Shown here in pieces: positions 1 through 8,496 of a DNA stretch of 13,018 bases. The stretch spans positions 1 through 13,018 of the forward strand of contig CAXIUT010000122.1 of the NCBI GenBank assembly GCA_964035545.1. Reading direction: 5' to 3'. Every line of letters starts with the position of its first letter. Positions within the stretch are counted from its first letter, which is position 1. The position numbers and the translations under genes were made by a program. Under the pieces are notes generated by a model. It was not told the origin of the DNA. It was given only the letters and a program-made list of their open reading frames with translations, and made no database searches. Source of the DNA: Bugula neritina. Its lineage: Eukaryota; Animalia; Bryozoa.

Positions 1-2
1 CT

Positions 3-740
3 GAGTTTGAAAGTTACTTATTAGAGTTGGCATTAAAAAATGCTAGCGTAAAAAATCAAGTAAATAGCAATTCAGTGGAAGGTGACGACCTGGCAAGCCT
101 ATGTCGTCAGTATCTGTCAGTAGAAAAAACGATCAACCGCTTGAGCAAAGACTATGACCCTATAGTCCTAAAGGCATTAATAGATAATAGCGTTGACGAG
201 GATAAGTTGAGCGATGAAGTTATAGCCGAGATCCAGAAAGACCTAAACAAGGAGGGATATGAGTCTCCTCACTATGAGTTAAGCGTGATTAGAAACGGCC
301 GTGCTAGCCTTCGTATTGTGAAGCGACTTCATGGCATGAGTAATGAATCTGAATTTGGCGGTGAGTTTTGGAGTTCTCCAGAGTACACCTCAATTAAAGC
401 GTTAGCCGAGAAATTAGAAAACTCATTGGGAGACCATATATTGGTCCAAAGAGGAGAAAAGGATTTTGAGTGTACAGAGTTTTCGGATGCTTTGGATTGG
501 TTAATGTCTTCCGCAAAAAAAGGTTTGGATGTTCAGCGATACAAGGGATTGGGAGAAATGAATCCAGACCAACTATGGGAAACTACGATGGATCCAGAAG
601 TGAGGAGGTTGTTGAAAGTGGTTATTGATGATGATGTTTCATCAGATGAGACCTTTACAATCTTAATGGGTGACCAGGTAGAGCCTCGTCGAGAATTTAT
701 AGAAAAAAACGCCTTCACCGTAAACAATCTAGATGTGTAA
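3..740 (+). CDS. gyrB: DNA gyrase subunit B, C-terminal part (5'-truncated by window edge)
   Basis: Frame is open from position 3 ([12 protein letters not shown]...). Contains the GyrB C-terminal signatures [21 protein letters not shown] and [20 protein letters not shown], ending NLDV, preceded by the long insert typical of proteobacterial GyrB (absent in ParE). Confidence 0.97.
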   Translation, partial: EFESYLLELALKNASVKNQVNSNSVEGDDLASLCRQYLSVEKTINRLSKDYDPIVLKALIDNSVDEDKLSDEVIAEIQKDLNKEGYESPHYELSVIRNGRASLRIVKRLHGMSNESEFGGEFWSSPEYTSIKALAEKLENSLGDHILVQRGEKDFECTEFSDALDWLMSSAKKGLDVQRYKGLGEMNPDQLWETTMDPEVRRLLKVVIDDDVSSDETFTILMGDQVEPRREFIEKNAFTVNNLDV

Positions 741-885
741 AATACGCTTTATTATCAACAACTTATAAGATAAAAATACGAAGATTAGAGATTATAAGAC
801 GCTGTGTGGTGAATAACTTCTTGTTGGCAGGGTAATTACCCATATTGGGCTTTAAAACACGGCTATTTTTCACGCTGCTTAATCC

Positions 886-1257
886 TTAATGTATCACCCT
901 AGGAATACTAAGTACGAATTTAGGGATAGCAACCTCAAACTCTGAAGAGTCGTTGTCTATCATAAAGTAGCGGCCTTCCATAGTACCCATTTCTGTTTCC
1001 AAAACGGCCCCGCTGGAATAAGTGTATTTCTCTCCCGACTGAATTAGCGGTTGCTCTCCGACCACGCCTTCACCGTAAACTTCCTCTAGTTTTAGGTTGG
1101 CATCATAAATTAACCAATGGCGAGACAGTAGTTGAAAACTATCAGAGGAAACGTTTTCGATCGTGATTGTATAAGCGAAAACAAAACGCCCGCGCCCTGT
1201 ATCTGACTGCTGTTCGACGAAATTGGTTTTTACAGTTATTTCAGCTTTCCTATTCAT
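886..1257 (-). CDS. apaG: ApaG protein (DUF525)
   Basis: 123 aa with FAYTITIEN, QLLSRHWLI, GEGVVGEQP, YTYSSGA and GTMEGRY motifs; adjacent to apaH. Confidence 0.97.
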   Translation of the reverse strand: MNRKAEITVKTNFVEQQSDTGRGRFVFAYTITIENVSSDSFQLLSRHWLIYDANLKLEEVYGEGVVGEQPLIQSGEKYTYSSGAVLETEMGTMEGRYFMIDNDSSEFEVAIPKFVLSIPRVIH

Positions 1258-1265
1258 TCTAATAA

Positions 1266-2100
1266 CTAAAGTGAGGCTGTTAATAGTTTGTGTTTCTTAA
1301 TTTTTTTGTGCTTAGAAGATTTAGGCAGCTTCGCCATGGTCATCTTTCGACCCCACACACAGCCGGTATCGAGCCCAAGGTATGCACTATTGTTGAATAA
1401 ACCTAATGCAGACCAGTGTCCAAACACAACTCTGTAGCCGTCGATACCAGGGTTGTCTACCTTAAACCACGGCAACCGGTTTTTACGCGACTTTCCCGAA
1501 TAACCGCTCTCTTTAAAGTTCAAAATTTCCGCTAGGACTAACAAATCGCATTCTAGTGAAGGCATTAATTATAAAGCGCAGTCTAGAGTAACCGGAGACA
1601 GTGCTTACCCAGGATTTAGGCGAGTTACTATAAATCCGCTTCAATAAATTAATACATTCCATTTCGTTCCGCAAAACAGACTCAACCTCTTGAGAGTACG
1701 ATACCGCCTCGTGTTTGTTCCACCACGGATAAATACCAGCATGACACAATAGGTTCTTAGATTTTTCGTCGACATGCAATAAAGGCTTAGTTCGCAGCCA
1801 ATTAGCAAGGTCGTATCTATCTGGAGCACAGAGTATGGGGTCAAGCGTGTCATTAGGACGAGGATCACGGATTTTATAAATCATAGATAAGAGGTGTATA
1901 TCATGATTCCCTAGAACGCTAACACATTGATTATTAAGGGATTTAAGAAGTCTTAGCACCTCTAGAGAGTTAGGGCCCCGGTTTACGAGATCACCCACAC
2001 ACCAGAGTATATCTTTGCTCTGGTCGAACTGAACTTGCTCTAAGAGACGACAGAGGGGATCGTAACACCCCTGAATATCACCAATAGCGTAAACAGCCAA
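1266..2100 (-). CDS. apaH: Symmetrical bis(5'-nucleosyl)-tetraphosphatase ApaH, split by one frameshift at ~1522-1525
   Basis: ORF 1513..2100 has YAIGDIQGC, GDLVNRGP, VLGNHD, HAG and FTRMRF. ORF 1266..1565 has PWF, VVFGHWSALG and LDTGCVWG. Removing one base of the A4 run at 1522-1525 joins them (…SPSGNLNFKESG…). TTG start. Confidence 0.93.
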
Positions 2101-2129
2101 AACGTAAATACAAAAACAGGAGCTACAAT

Positions 2130-2858
2130 CTAGAAATCTTCTTCTATTTCTGGAGGCCGGCCATCGTAAATTTTATCTAACCGAGTCTGCTCTACAGCTT
2201 GTTTTACGAATAAGTAAGGGTCAAGCTGTTTATCCAATAATTGGTCGGCCCCTAATAGTTCGGACCTTGTATTTACGACATTTAATGCTGTTAGCGCAAA
2301 CCGGCCGCCGTTGCTGTCGCTCAACTCATTTATGGGGTACCAAGCCGCAGAGTCTGTGATAGTGCCCGTGAGATCCCTTAAGTTACTGGGGCCAAGCAGC
2401 GGAAGCATCAAGTAGGGCCCCGGGCCTACGCCCCAGGTAGCTAGTGTTTGGCCAAAATCCTCTCTGGCCGGTTCTACATCTAAGGTTTTTGCAACATCAA
2501 AGAGCCCAAAAACGCCTACAGTGCTGTTCACAGCAAACCTAAATGTGGATTGAAGCGCTCGATCTACTTTACCTTGTAAGAGGTTATTCAGCGCGTTTAA
2601 AGGTTCGTTTAAATTAGAAAAAAAGTGTCCCACACTTTTACGAGCGGGTTTAGGAACTACAGCGCTATATGTTTTGGCAACAGGCCTTAGAACAATTTTG
2701 TCTGCCGCGGTATTAAATGAATAAACTGCTCGATTTAATCCCTCTACAGGATCATTGCTTATTTGACGAGCAGGGTCATCATCAATACTTAATGTAGAAC
2801 AACCGGTGGCGCTAAGAGAAATTAGTACCAATAAGACATTGCGGTATTTAGAAAACAT
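2130..2858 (-). CDS. mlaA: MlaA/VacJ outer-membrane lipoprotein (phospholipid asymmetry)
   Basis: Lipoprotein signal ending SATG-C; motifs DPVEGLNRAVYSFN, FFSNLNEP, NNLLQGK, RFAVNSTVGVFGLFDVA, EDFGQTL, GPYLMLPLLGPS, DPYLF. Confidence 0.95.
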   Translation of the reverse strand: MFSKYRNVLLVLISLSATGCSTLSIDDDPARQISNDPVEGLNRAVYSFNTAADKIVLRPVAKTYSAVVPKPARKSVGHFFSNLNEPLNALNNLLQGKVDRALQSTFRFAVNSTVGVFGLFDVAKTLDVEPAREDFGQTLATWGVGPGPYLMLPLLGPSNLRDLTGTITDSAAWYPINELSDSNGGRFALTALNVVNTRSELLGADQLLDKQLDPYLFVKQAVEQTRLDKIYDGRPPEIEEDF

Positions 2859-2968
2859 ATTCAGAGTGGCATCTGTTTAAAGAATTTTATTATAAACGCC
2901 CCAGTAGATAATCAACAGCAATCAAAACAAGAAACTAGTTGGTAAGTTAGACAAAAAAACCTACCTAA

Positions 2969-3499
2969 TTAATGAGTTTCGCCGGAAGTATTGTTTGCGG
3001 CCTGTTCAGCTTCGTGCTGTTTCTTTTGCAAATGCAGAGCCTCAAAATTAATAGGTGTCAACAATAGTTGTGGAAACCCAGCTTTTGCTACAAGGTCTGA
3101 TACAGCTTCGCGGGCGAAAGGCAGCAACACATTTGGGCAAGCTATCTCCAAAGCCAAAGGCATGTCTTCCTGAGATACCCCGACAATCTGAAAAACCCCG
3201 GCTTGGTGGACTTCAACCAGGAAAGCGGTTTGTTCTTCTATCTTGGCTGTTACGGTAATCCCTAAACTTACATCATAATAATCTTCTTGCTCAAGGTTTT
3301 TAGCCTTGATCGATGCGTCTATGCTGATCTCAGGTTGATTATTCGTTGTGAGAAATATATCAGGGCTGTTGGGGCTTTCTACTGAAGCGTCCTTCAGGTA
3401 AATTTTACGGATATCGAAGCTGGTCTGAAGAGTAGTGTTCTCCTCGCTAGCGGCAGCTTGAGAAGTTGGATCAATATTGTTGTTGTCGTTTTCGGCCAT
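2969..3499 (-). CDS. secB: Protein-export chaperone SecB
   Basis: KIYLKDASVESPNSP, AFLVEVHQAGVF, CPNVLLPFARE, AGFPQLLLTPINFEAL; acidic/polar N-terminal extension. Confidence 0.96.
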   Translation of the reverse strand: MAENDNNNIDPTSQAAASEENTTLQTSFDIRKIYLKDASVESPNSPDIFLTTNNQPEISIDASIKAKNLEQEDYYDVSLGITVTAKIEEQTAFLVEVHQAGVFQIVGVSQEDMPLALEIACPNVLLPFAREAVSDLVAKAGFPQLLLTPINFEALHLQKKQHEAEQAANNTSGETH

Positions 3500-3519
3500 G
3501 AGAAATAGTCTATATAAAA

Positions 3520-3942
3520 TTAATTCGAATTAGTGAGAGGAAGGTTTTCTTTGGCCCAAGCCATTAACCCTCCACGGAGTATATGCATATCTTTAAACCC
3601 TAGACCTTGTAAAAGCTTAGCAGCCTTAGAGCTTTTTGTACCAGACTGGCATACAACTATGACATTGCTGTTCATATGTTTTAATAAAGCTTTATTATCT
3701 TCTTTCAATTCGTTAATAGGAAAATTAAGCGATTCGGGAATATGTGACGCTGCAAAAATAGCACTATCATTCACATCGATTATGACTGAATTACCGGCAC
3801 GCTGAACTTGCGGTAGTTGCAGTGGAGAAACCGACTTAACTCCTTTAATATTGCTCTGTAGAAAAGAAAAAATCAGCAGATTAATTACTACGATCAAAGC
3901 TCCAAACCAAAGCAAGTTTTGCATTACAAATTCAGAAAACAT
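3520..3942 (-). CDS. Membrane-anchored rhodanese-like domain protein (YibN-like)
   Basis: N-terminal hydrophobic helix, IIDV…F…SHIPESLNFP, active-site loop VCQSGTKS, LRGGLMAW…LP; usual position upstream of secB. Confidence 0.92.
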   Translation of the reverse strand: MFSEFVMQNLLWFGALIVVINLLIFSFLQSNIKGVKSVSPLQLPQVQRAGNSVIIDVNDSAIFAASHIPESLNFPINELKEDNKALLKHMNSNVIVVCQSGTKSSKAAKLLQGLGFKDMHILRGGLMAWAKENLPLTNSN

Positions 3943-4080
3943 AACTACAAAAACCAGTTAGGGTTAAACATAAAAAATTTAATGAACGCGGTACGACATT
4001 AACTACTATTTTAAGTTACTCTAATGCACCTTAGAGAGGATAGTAACGCCAGTTTAACGGGTTTATGACAACTGTTAACG

Positions 4081-4102
4081 CGCCCGGCAGCCGCGAATTA
4101 TA
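4081..4102 (-). promoter_or_regulatory. Putative sigma70 -10 element with GC-rich discriminator for the rhodanese-secB unit
   Basis: Minus strand reads TATAAT (4102-4097) followed by TCGCGGCTGCCGGGCG; no convincing -35 element. Confidence 0.5.
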
Positions 4103-4207
4103 CCGTAGGATGATGAGATATAAACTAGATATTGAACATAATTACTAAACCAAAAAGCGTTATAGGTTTATAAGAAAAAGAGGCTGAATAGTCAGCAAAT
4201 TATCAAA

Positions 4208-5452
4208 GTGTTGTACAAACAAATAATTAAGCTCAAATGTCAGTTAACTGCTGTATTGATGATCTGGCTCTACTGCGGTTCGATAGTTGATGCAAATGAC
4301 AATGCGACCATTAAATATAATAAATCCGTTAAGCAAATAAGCAAGGAGATAGCAAAGATCACAGAGAACTTAAACGCCAATCAAGCACTGCTCAAGAGTG
4401 AACGGGACAAGTTAAGTGAATTAGAGACGGAAATATTAAAGGTCGACGCGACCTTGACTGAGACAAAAGCAGCCGCTATTAAGATAGAGGCAAAGTTAGG
4501 AAAAATTGATGAACAATATGAAAGGCTCAAACTAAAACACGCGAAAGATCTGACGAAGTACAAGACGTTCATAAAAAACCAATACTTAAACGGGCGGACT
4601 AACTATTTGCAGATGGTCCTGAACCAGAGAAACCCATATGCTGTAGGCAGGTTGAACAACTATTTTAATTATTTTCAGGAAGATAAAAAATTAAAACTAG
4701 CGCAAATAACGGCGCAACTAAGTGAACTTTCAAAACTCAGAGGTTTGCAAGCCACTAACCTTAAGGAGTTAGATTTAGTTAGAGCAAAACAATCAGGCTT
4801 AACGGATAAACTTCATGAGAGCAAAAAACAAAGGAGTTTGGCTGTAAATACCTTAAGCAAGAAAGTGGAAACATCAAGCGCAAAACTTAGGCGCTTAAAA
4901 AAAGATAGGGAGCGGTTAGATAGCCTGATAAGGGATATTGCAAAACAAGCTGCCAGGTTGAAAGAAGAGGCATTAGCCAGAGAGCGGGAGCAGCAGCGTA
5001 ACGATGTCACACAATCAACTACAAAACCGTTACCGGTAAAGCGCACTTTAGTGAAGGGGGGCTTCTCAAAGCAAAAGGGTCGCTTAAACTATCCAGTGAA
5101 TGCAGGTATAAAGTATGGATTTGGAGCCCGAGTCCCTGAGTCGGGTATGCGGGCTCAAGGCGTGTTTTTTAATACACAAGGGAGTCAGCCAGTGCGCTCT
5201 ATTTTCCGAGGAAGAGTGCTTTTCGCTGATTATCTAAAAGGATATGGATTGATGTTAATTATTGATCATGGTGATGACCATATAAGCCTCTATGGCCATA
5301 ATGAATTAATTTACAAGAAGGTTGGTGATATGGTTGATACTGGTGAAGTGATTTCTACATCTGGAGTAAGTGGTGGTCTAAAAAGCGCGAGCGTTTACTT
5401 TGAAATACGAAAAAACGCAGTTCCAGTAAACCCGACAACCTGGTGTCGTTAG
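4208..5452 (+). CDS. envC: Murein hydrolase activator EnvC (coiled coil plus degenerate M23/LytM domain)
   Basis: Signal-like N-terminus, long coiled coil, QKGRLNYPV, GRVLFADYLKGYGLMLIIDHG, SLYGHN, YFEIRKNAVPVNP. The HxxxD zinc motif is degenerate (MRAQGVFF) as in EnvC. Directly upstream of ctpA. Confidence 0.9.
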   Translation: MLYKQIIKLKCQLTAVLMIWLYCGSIVDANDNATIKYNKSVKQISKEIAKITENLNANQALLKSERDKLSELETEILKVDATLTETKAAAIKIEAKLGKIDEQYERLKLKHAKDLTKYKTFIKNQYLNGRTNYLQMVLNQRNPYAVGRLNNYFNYFQEDKKLKLAQITAQLSELSKLRGLQATNLKELDLVRAKQSGLTDKLHESKKQRSLAVNTLSKKVETSSAKLRRLKKDRERLDSLIRDIAKQAARLKEEALAREREQQRNDVTQSTTKPLPVKRTLVKGGFSKQKGRLNYPVNAGIKYGFGARVPESGMRAQGVFFNTQGSQPVRSIFRGRVLFADYLKGYGLMLIIDHGDDHISLYGHNELIYKKVGDMVDTGEVISTSGVSGGLKSASVYFEIRKNAVPVNPTTWCR

Positions 5453-5488
5453 AACTATTTGAGCTAAGAATTAAACATAGGAATAAGA

Positions 5489-6823
5489 ATGAATTTTATA
5501 CAAAAGACTGCCGGCGCACTCCTAGCGGTATCATTATGTTACGCCTCCCCCACATTAAGCCAACAGGAAGAGGTTGAGAAGGAGTCAGGGAGTCCGATAC
5601 CGTTAGATCAAATAAAAACGTTTAGCGAAGTGTTTGCTCGAATAAAACTTAACTATGTAACAGAAGTCAGTGATGAAACGTTACTTGAATATGCCGTTGA
5701 AGGAATGTTGAATGGTTTAGATCCGCATTCTGTCTATTTAAAAGGCGAAGGATACGAACAACTTAATGAGGGCACCACGGGCAGGTTTGGGGGCCTGGGG
5801 ATGGAGGTCATCATGGAAGATGGTTTCGTAAAAGTGGTTGCACCAATAGATGATACCCCCGCGTCAAAGGCTGGAATTCAGACCGGTGATTTAATAATAC
5901 GGATTGATGGTAAGACTTTGTCAGGGGATAGTTTGCGCGAGGCGACGGATCAAATGCGTGGAGAACCCGGCACATCAATTACATTAACCATTTTAAGAGA
6001 GACAGATCCGGATCCGTTTGAAGTAGAATTGGTAAGAGCGGTGGTTCAGTTGAGTTCGGTTAAGACAAGGGATTTGATCGAAGAGATAGGGTATCTGCGT
6101 ATTAGCCAGTTTCAGCTAGCTACGGCAGAGGTTTTTAGAAAGAAGTTAAAAGCTTTACAGGAAACAGAAAAGTTTTCTGGTCTGATACTCGACCTAAGAA
6201 ATAATCCAGGGGGCTTATTAACTAGCGCTGTATCGGTTTCAGATAGTTTCATTCGTGAGGGAATATTAGTGAGTACCAAGGGGAGGATATCTGAAAATAA
6301 TCAAACATTTAGGGCGTCACCAACAGACTTAATTAATGGAAAGCCAATTGTTGTGCTTATCAATGGTGGATCAGCCTCTGCTTCGGAAATAGTAGCCGGC
6401 GCGTTACAAGATCATGGTAGAGCACTAGTTCTTGGAACAGAATCTTTTGGTAAGGGGTCTGTACAGACTGTGGTCAATATAGGAGAGACTGAAGCGATAA
6501 AGTTGACGACAGCAAGATATTACACACCTAGTGGGAAGTCTATTCAGGCGGCAGGAATTATTCCAGATGTACTAGTCAAGCAAAGACAATTTAAAACAAG
6601 GGATACCAGCTTTGCAAGGGTCAAAGAAAACGACCTACCAGGCCACCTTCAGAACGAAGACTCTGAACCAAATGCGGAGTCGGTCACAGAGTTGTCTGAG
6701 CTGTTGAGCAAAGATTACCAACTAAACGAAGCTTTTAACTTGTTAAAAGCTTTGGTTCTATTTAAGCCTAAAAACTTTAAGGGCGAAGCAGCAGTACCCG
6801 TAAACGAGGTTTTGGGAGGCTAG
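5489..6823 (+). CDS. ctpA: Carboxy-terminal processing protease, S41 family (CtpA)
   Basis: Signal peptide, LDPHS, PDZ domain (FGGLGMEV), LDLRNNPGG, catalytic SASASEIVAGALQD, SFGKGSVQ, LTTARYYTPSG. Confidence 0.95.
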   Translation: MNFIQKTAGALLAVSLCYASPTLSQQEEVEKESGSPIPLDQIKTFSEVFARIKLNYVTEVSDETLLEYAVEGMLNGLDPHSVYLKGEGYEQLNEGTTGRFGGLGMEVIMEDGFVKVVAPIDDTPASKAGIQTGDLIIRIDGKTLSGDSLREATDQMRGEPGTSITLTILRETDPDPFEVELVRAVVQLSSVKTRDLIEEIGYLRISQFQLATAEVFRKKLKALQETEKFSGLILDLRNNPGGLLTSAVSVSDSFIREGILVSTKGRISENNQTFRASPTDLINGKPIVVLINGGSASASEIVAGALQDHGRALVLGTESFGKGSVQTVVNIGETEAIKLTTARYYTPSGKSIQAAGIIPDVLVKQRQFKTRDTSFARVKENDLPGHLQNEDSEPNAESVTELSELLSKDYQLNEAFNLLKALVLFKPKNFKGEAAVPVNEVLGG

Positions 6824-6828
6824 CCCGC

Positions 6829-7264
6829 ATGCAATTACTACTCATATCATTGGTAAATACTGTGGTCGTAACCATAGCAGTAATTATTCATTATGAGTTT
6901 TTATGTAGAATATCTCAGTATTTGCCAAACATGCCGATTAAGCATCGATTACGAATAGTTTTTGGGGTGGCAGGGGCACTTATAGCGCATGTTATAGAGA
7001 TCTGGGTATTTGCTGTTACTTACTTTTTGATTACTCAATATCTTGGATGGGGCAGTTTGATTGGAAACATAGAGGGAAGCCTTTTGGATTGTTTCTATTA
7101 TTCGTTTACCACCTATACAACATTAGGGTTCGGAGATATTACTCCGATAGGAGAAGTACGTTATTTAACAGGTATAGAGTCTCTAACCGGTTTGGTGTTG
7201 ATTACTTGGAGTGCATCATTTTTTATTTATAGAAATGCAAAAACACTGGGATAACGTTGAGTAA
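6829..7264 (+). CDS. Small potassium channel family protein (Ion_trans_2), with a probable frameshift near the C-terminus
   Basis: Pore helix and filter FYYSFTTYTTLGFGD flanked by TM helices, plus an extra N-terminal TM. As read it stops at 7254; removing one T from the run at 7219-7224 gives WSASFLFIEMQKHWDNVE* ending at 7264. Confidence 0.88.
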
Positions 7265-7319
7265 AAGAGCGCGTCAATTTTCCTTTTCGTGATCAGGCGT
7301 AGGAGGTTATCGGCGAACT

Positions 7320-8358
7320 TTAAGAGCTGCCATCTCCTGATAGCATGATTGCTAAATACCGTGTTTTGTCAAAGTGAGCGAAAATAATAAGCATCATCAC
7401 AGTGATCGGGACGCTCAAAAAACATACCAGCTACTCCCCAAATACTGCCCCACAACGTTAACGACATCATTACGATAAACGGGCTTACGTTAAGTGAGTT
7501 ACCCATCAACTTAGGTTCAAGAAAATTGCCTACAATTAACTGGATTGCTCCAACACCGATGAGAACTATAAGAAATGGGTAAAATCGTATCAAACTGTAC
7601 GAGCGCCAACATCGCAGGGAAACAGAGTAGCTATGATGGAGCCAATAGTAGGTATGTAATTCAATAGAAAAATTGTGAAAGCCCAAAAAACCTGCGAAAT
7701 CTACGCCAACTATAGATAAGACTAGAAAGCTCACCAGCCCGGTGATTACGCTTGTCATAGTTTTGATCCATAAATACGTCTGAATATCTTCTTGGGCATG
7801 AGAAAGAATGCTAAGTATGGATTCGCGACGCTCTGCGTTTGGAAAAATAGCACCAATTTTGTTAGTGAAGGTGCCTTGTTCAAGCATCAGAAACAAAACA
7901 TAAATCGGTACTAGGAAAATGTTTGCCAGCGTCCCGGTTAGACTCGAAAGAACGGGGCCGATCTCAATCTTATTAACCATTTCGGAAACGTCAGGCAAGA
8001 AACTTGCCACATTGAGCTTCCCAGAAAATTTAGCCGCCATGGCGCTTGAGGTTCTGTTTGTAATCTGGGAGGTGCGCTTGTACCCGCGGATACGTTATTT
8101 TGCACCATATCGACAGCGAACATTAAAAATAGAGCAATACTAATTAGAGATGCAAGTGTCGTGACCCAGGTTCTTTTCTGTAATATTAGGTAAAAACGCG
8201 GGCATATGCTCGACTCAATGCATTTATCACATACCCAAATCATGACTGCCATAGCCAATGGCACCAAGAACTCTTTTACCGACGACCAAAACATAAAATA
8301 TTCCGATGGTGGCGAGAATCACTAGAGAGATGGAAGATGCTTTGTTATCCACATTCAT
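7320..8358 (-). pseudogene. AI-2E (PerM/TqsA, UPF0118) family transporter, multiply frameshifted as read (probably sequence error)
   Basis: ATG at 8358 (MNVDNKASSISLVILATIGIFYVLVVGK|EFLVPLAMAVMIW). Stitched frames give FLVPIYVLFLMLE, IQTYLWIKT, FWAFTIFLLNYIPTIGS, GNFLEPKLMGNSLNVSP and WGVAGMFLSVPITV. The exact stop (7320) is uncertain. Confidence 0.88.
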
Positions 8359-8405
8359 TTAATTTGGGGCCCTATTGGTCTATGATGTTTTTAATATAAG
8401 GTCTA

Positions 8406-8447
8406 AAGCGGGTATCAACAAGCATTGTTAATCCCTGCTTGTTTTTT
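8406..8447 (+). other. Imperfect inverted repeat plus T-tract (terminator/attenuator-like) in a divergent intergenic region
   Basis: 8406-8421 pairs with 8425-8440 (13 Watson-Crick pairs, 1 G-U, 2 mismatches, loop GCA), followed by GTTTTTT. An alternative perfect 8-bp pairing exists between AACAAGCA (8417-8424) and TGCTTGTT (8436-8443). Confidence 0.4.
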
Positions 8448-8496
8448 AAGCTGCCTTCTAAGCCGTTCGTAAAAGAGTAAAAGAAAAGAGATAACT

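Noticed and set aside
741-885. gyrB/apaG convergent spacer with palindrome GGGTAATTACCC (830-841) and repeated AAAATACG / TTATAAGA words
   Set aside because: The repeats are short, AT-rich and irregularly spaced. There is no array structure and no hairpin with a T-tract, so nothing is supportable.
533-5046. Short alternative ORFs 533..727, 1641..1868, 2991..3173, 3055..3258, 3533..3805, 4381..4572, 4813..5046
   Set aside because: All are antisense or off-frame shadows of well-supported genes and carry no recognisable motifs.
5130-5300. Missing HxxxD zinc ligands in the M23 domain
   Set aside because: Expected for EnvC, a known catalytically inactive amidase activator; not novel.
7366-7376. 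prfB-like CTT TGA C at the end of ORF 7369..8040
   Set aside because: The conserved FLSVP motif requires the frame change earlier, at the A6 run around 7417-7422, so the stop is just an out-of-frame consequence.
8345-8353. Perfect DnaA box TTATCCACA
   Set aside because: Single copy inside the first codons of the AI-2E gene, with no cluster or AT-rich unwinding element. A lone 9-mer in 13 kb is plausible by chance.
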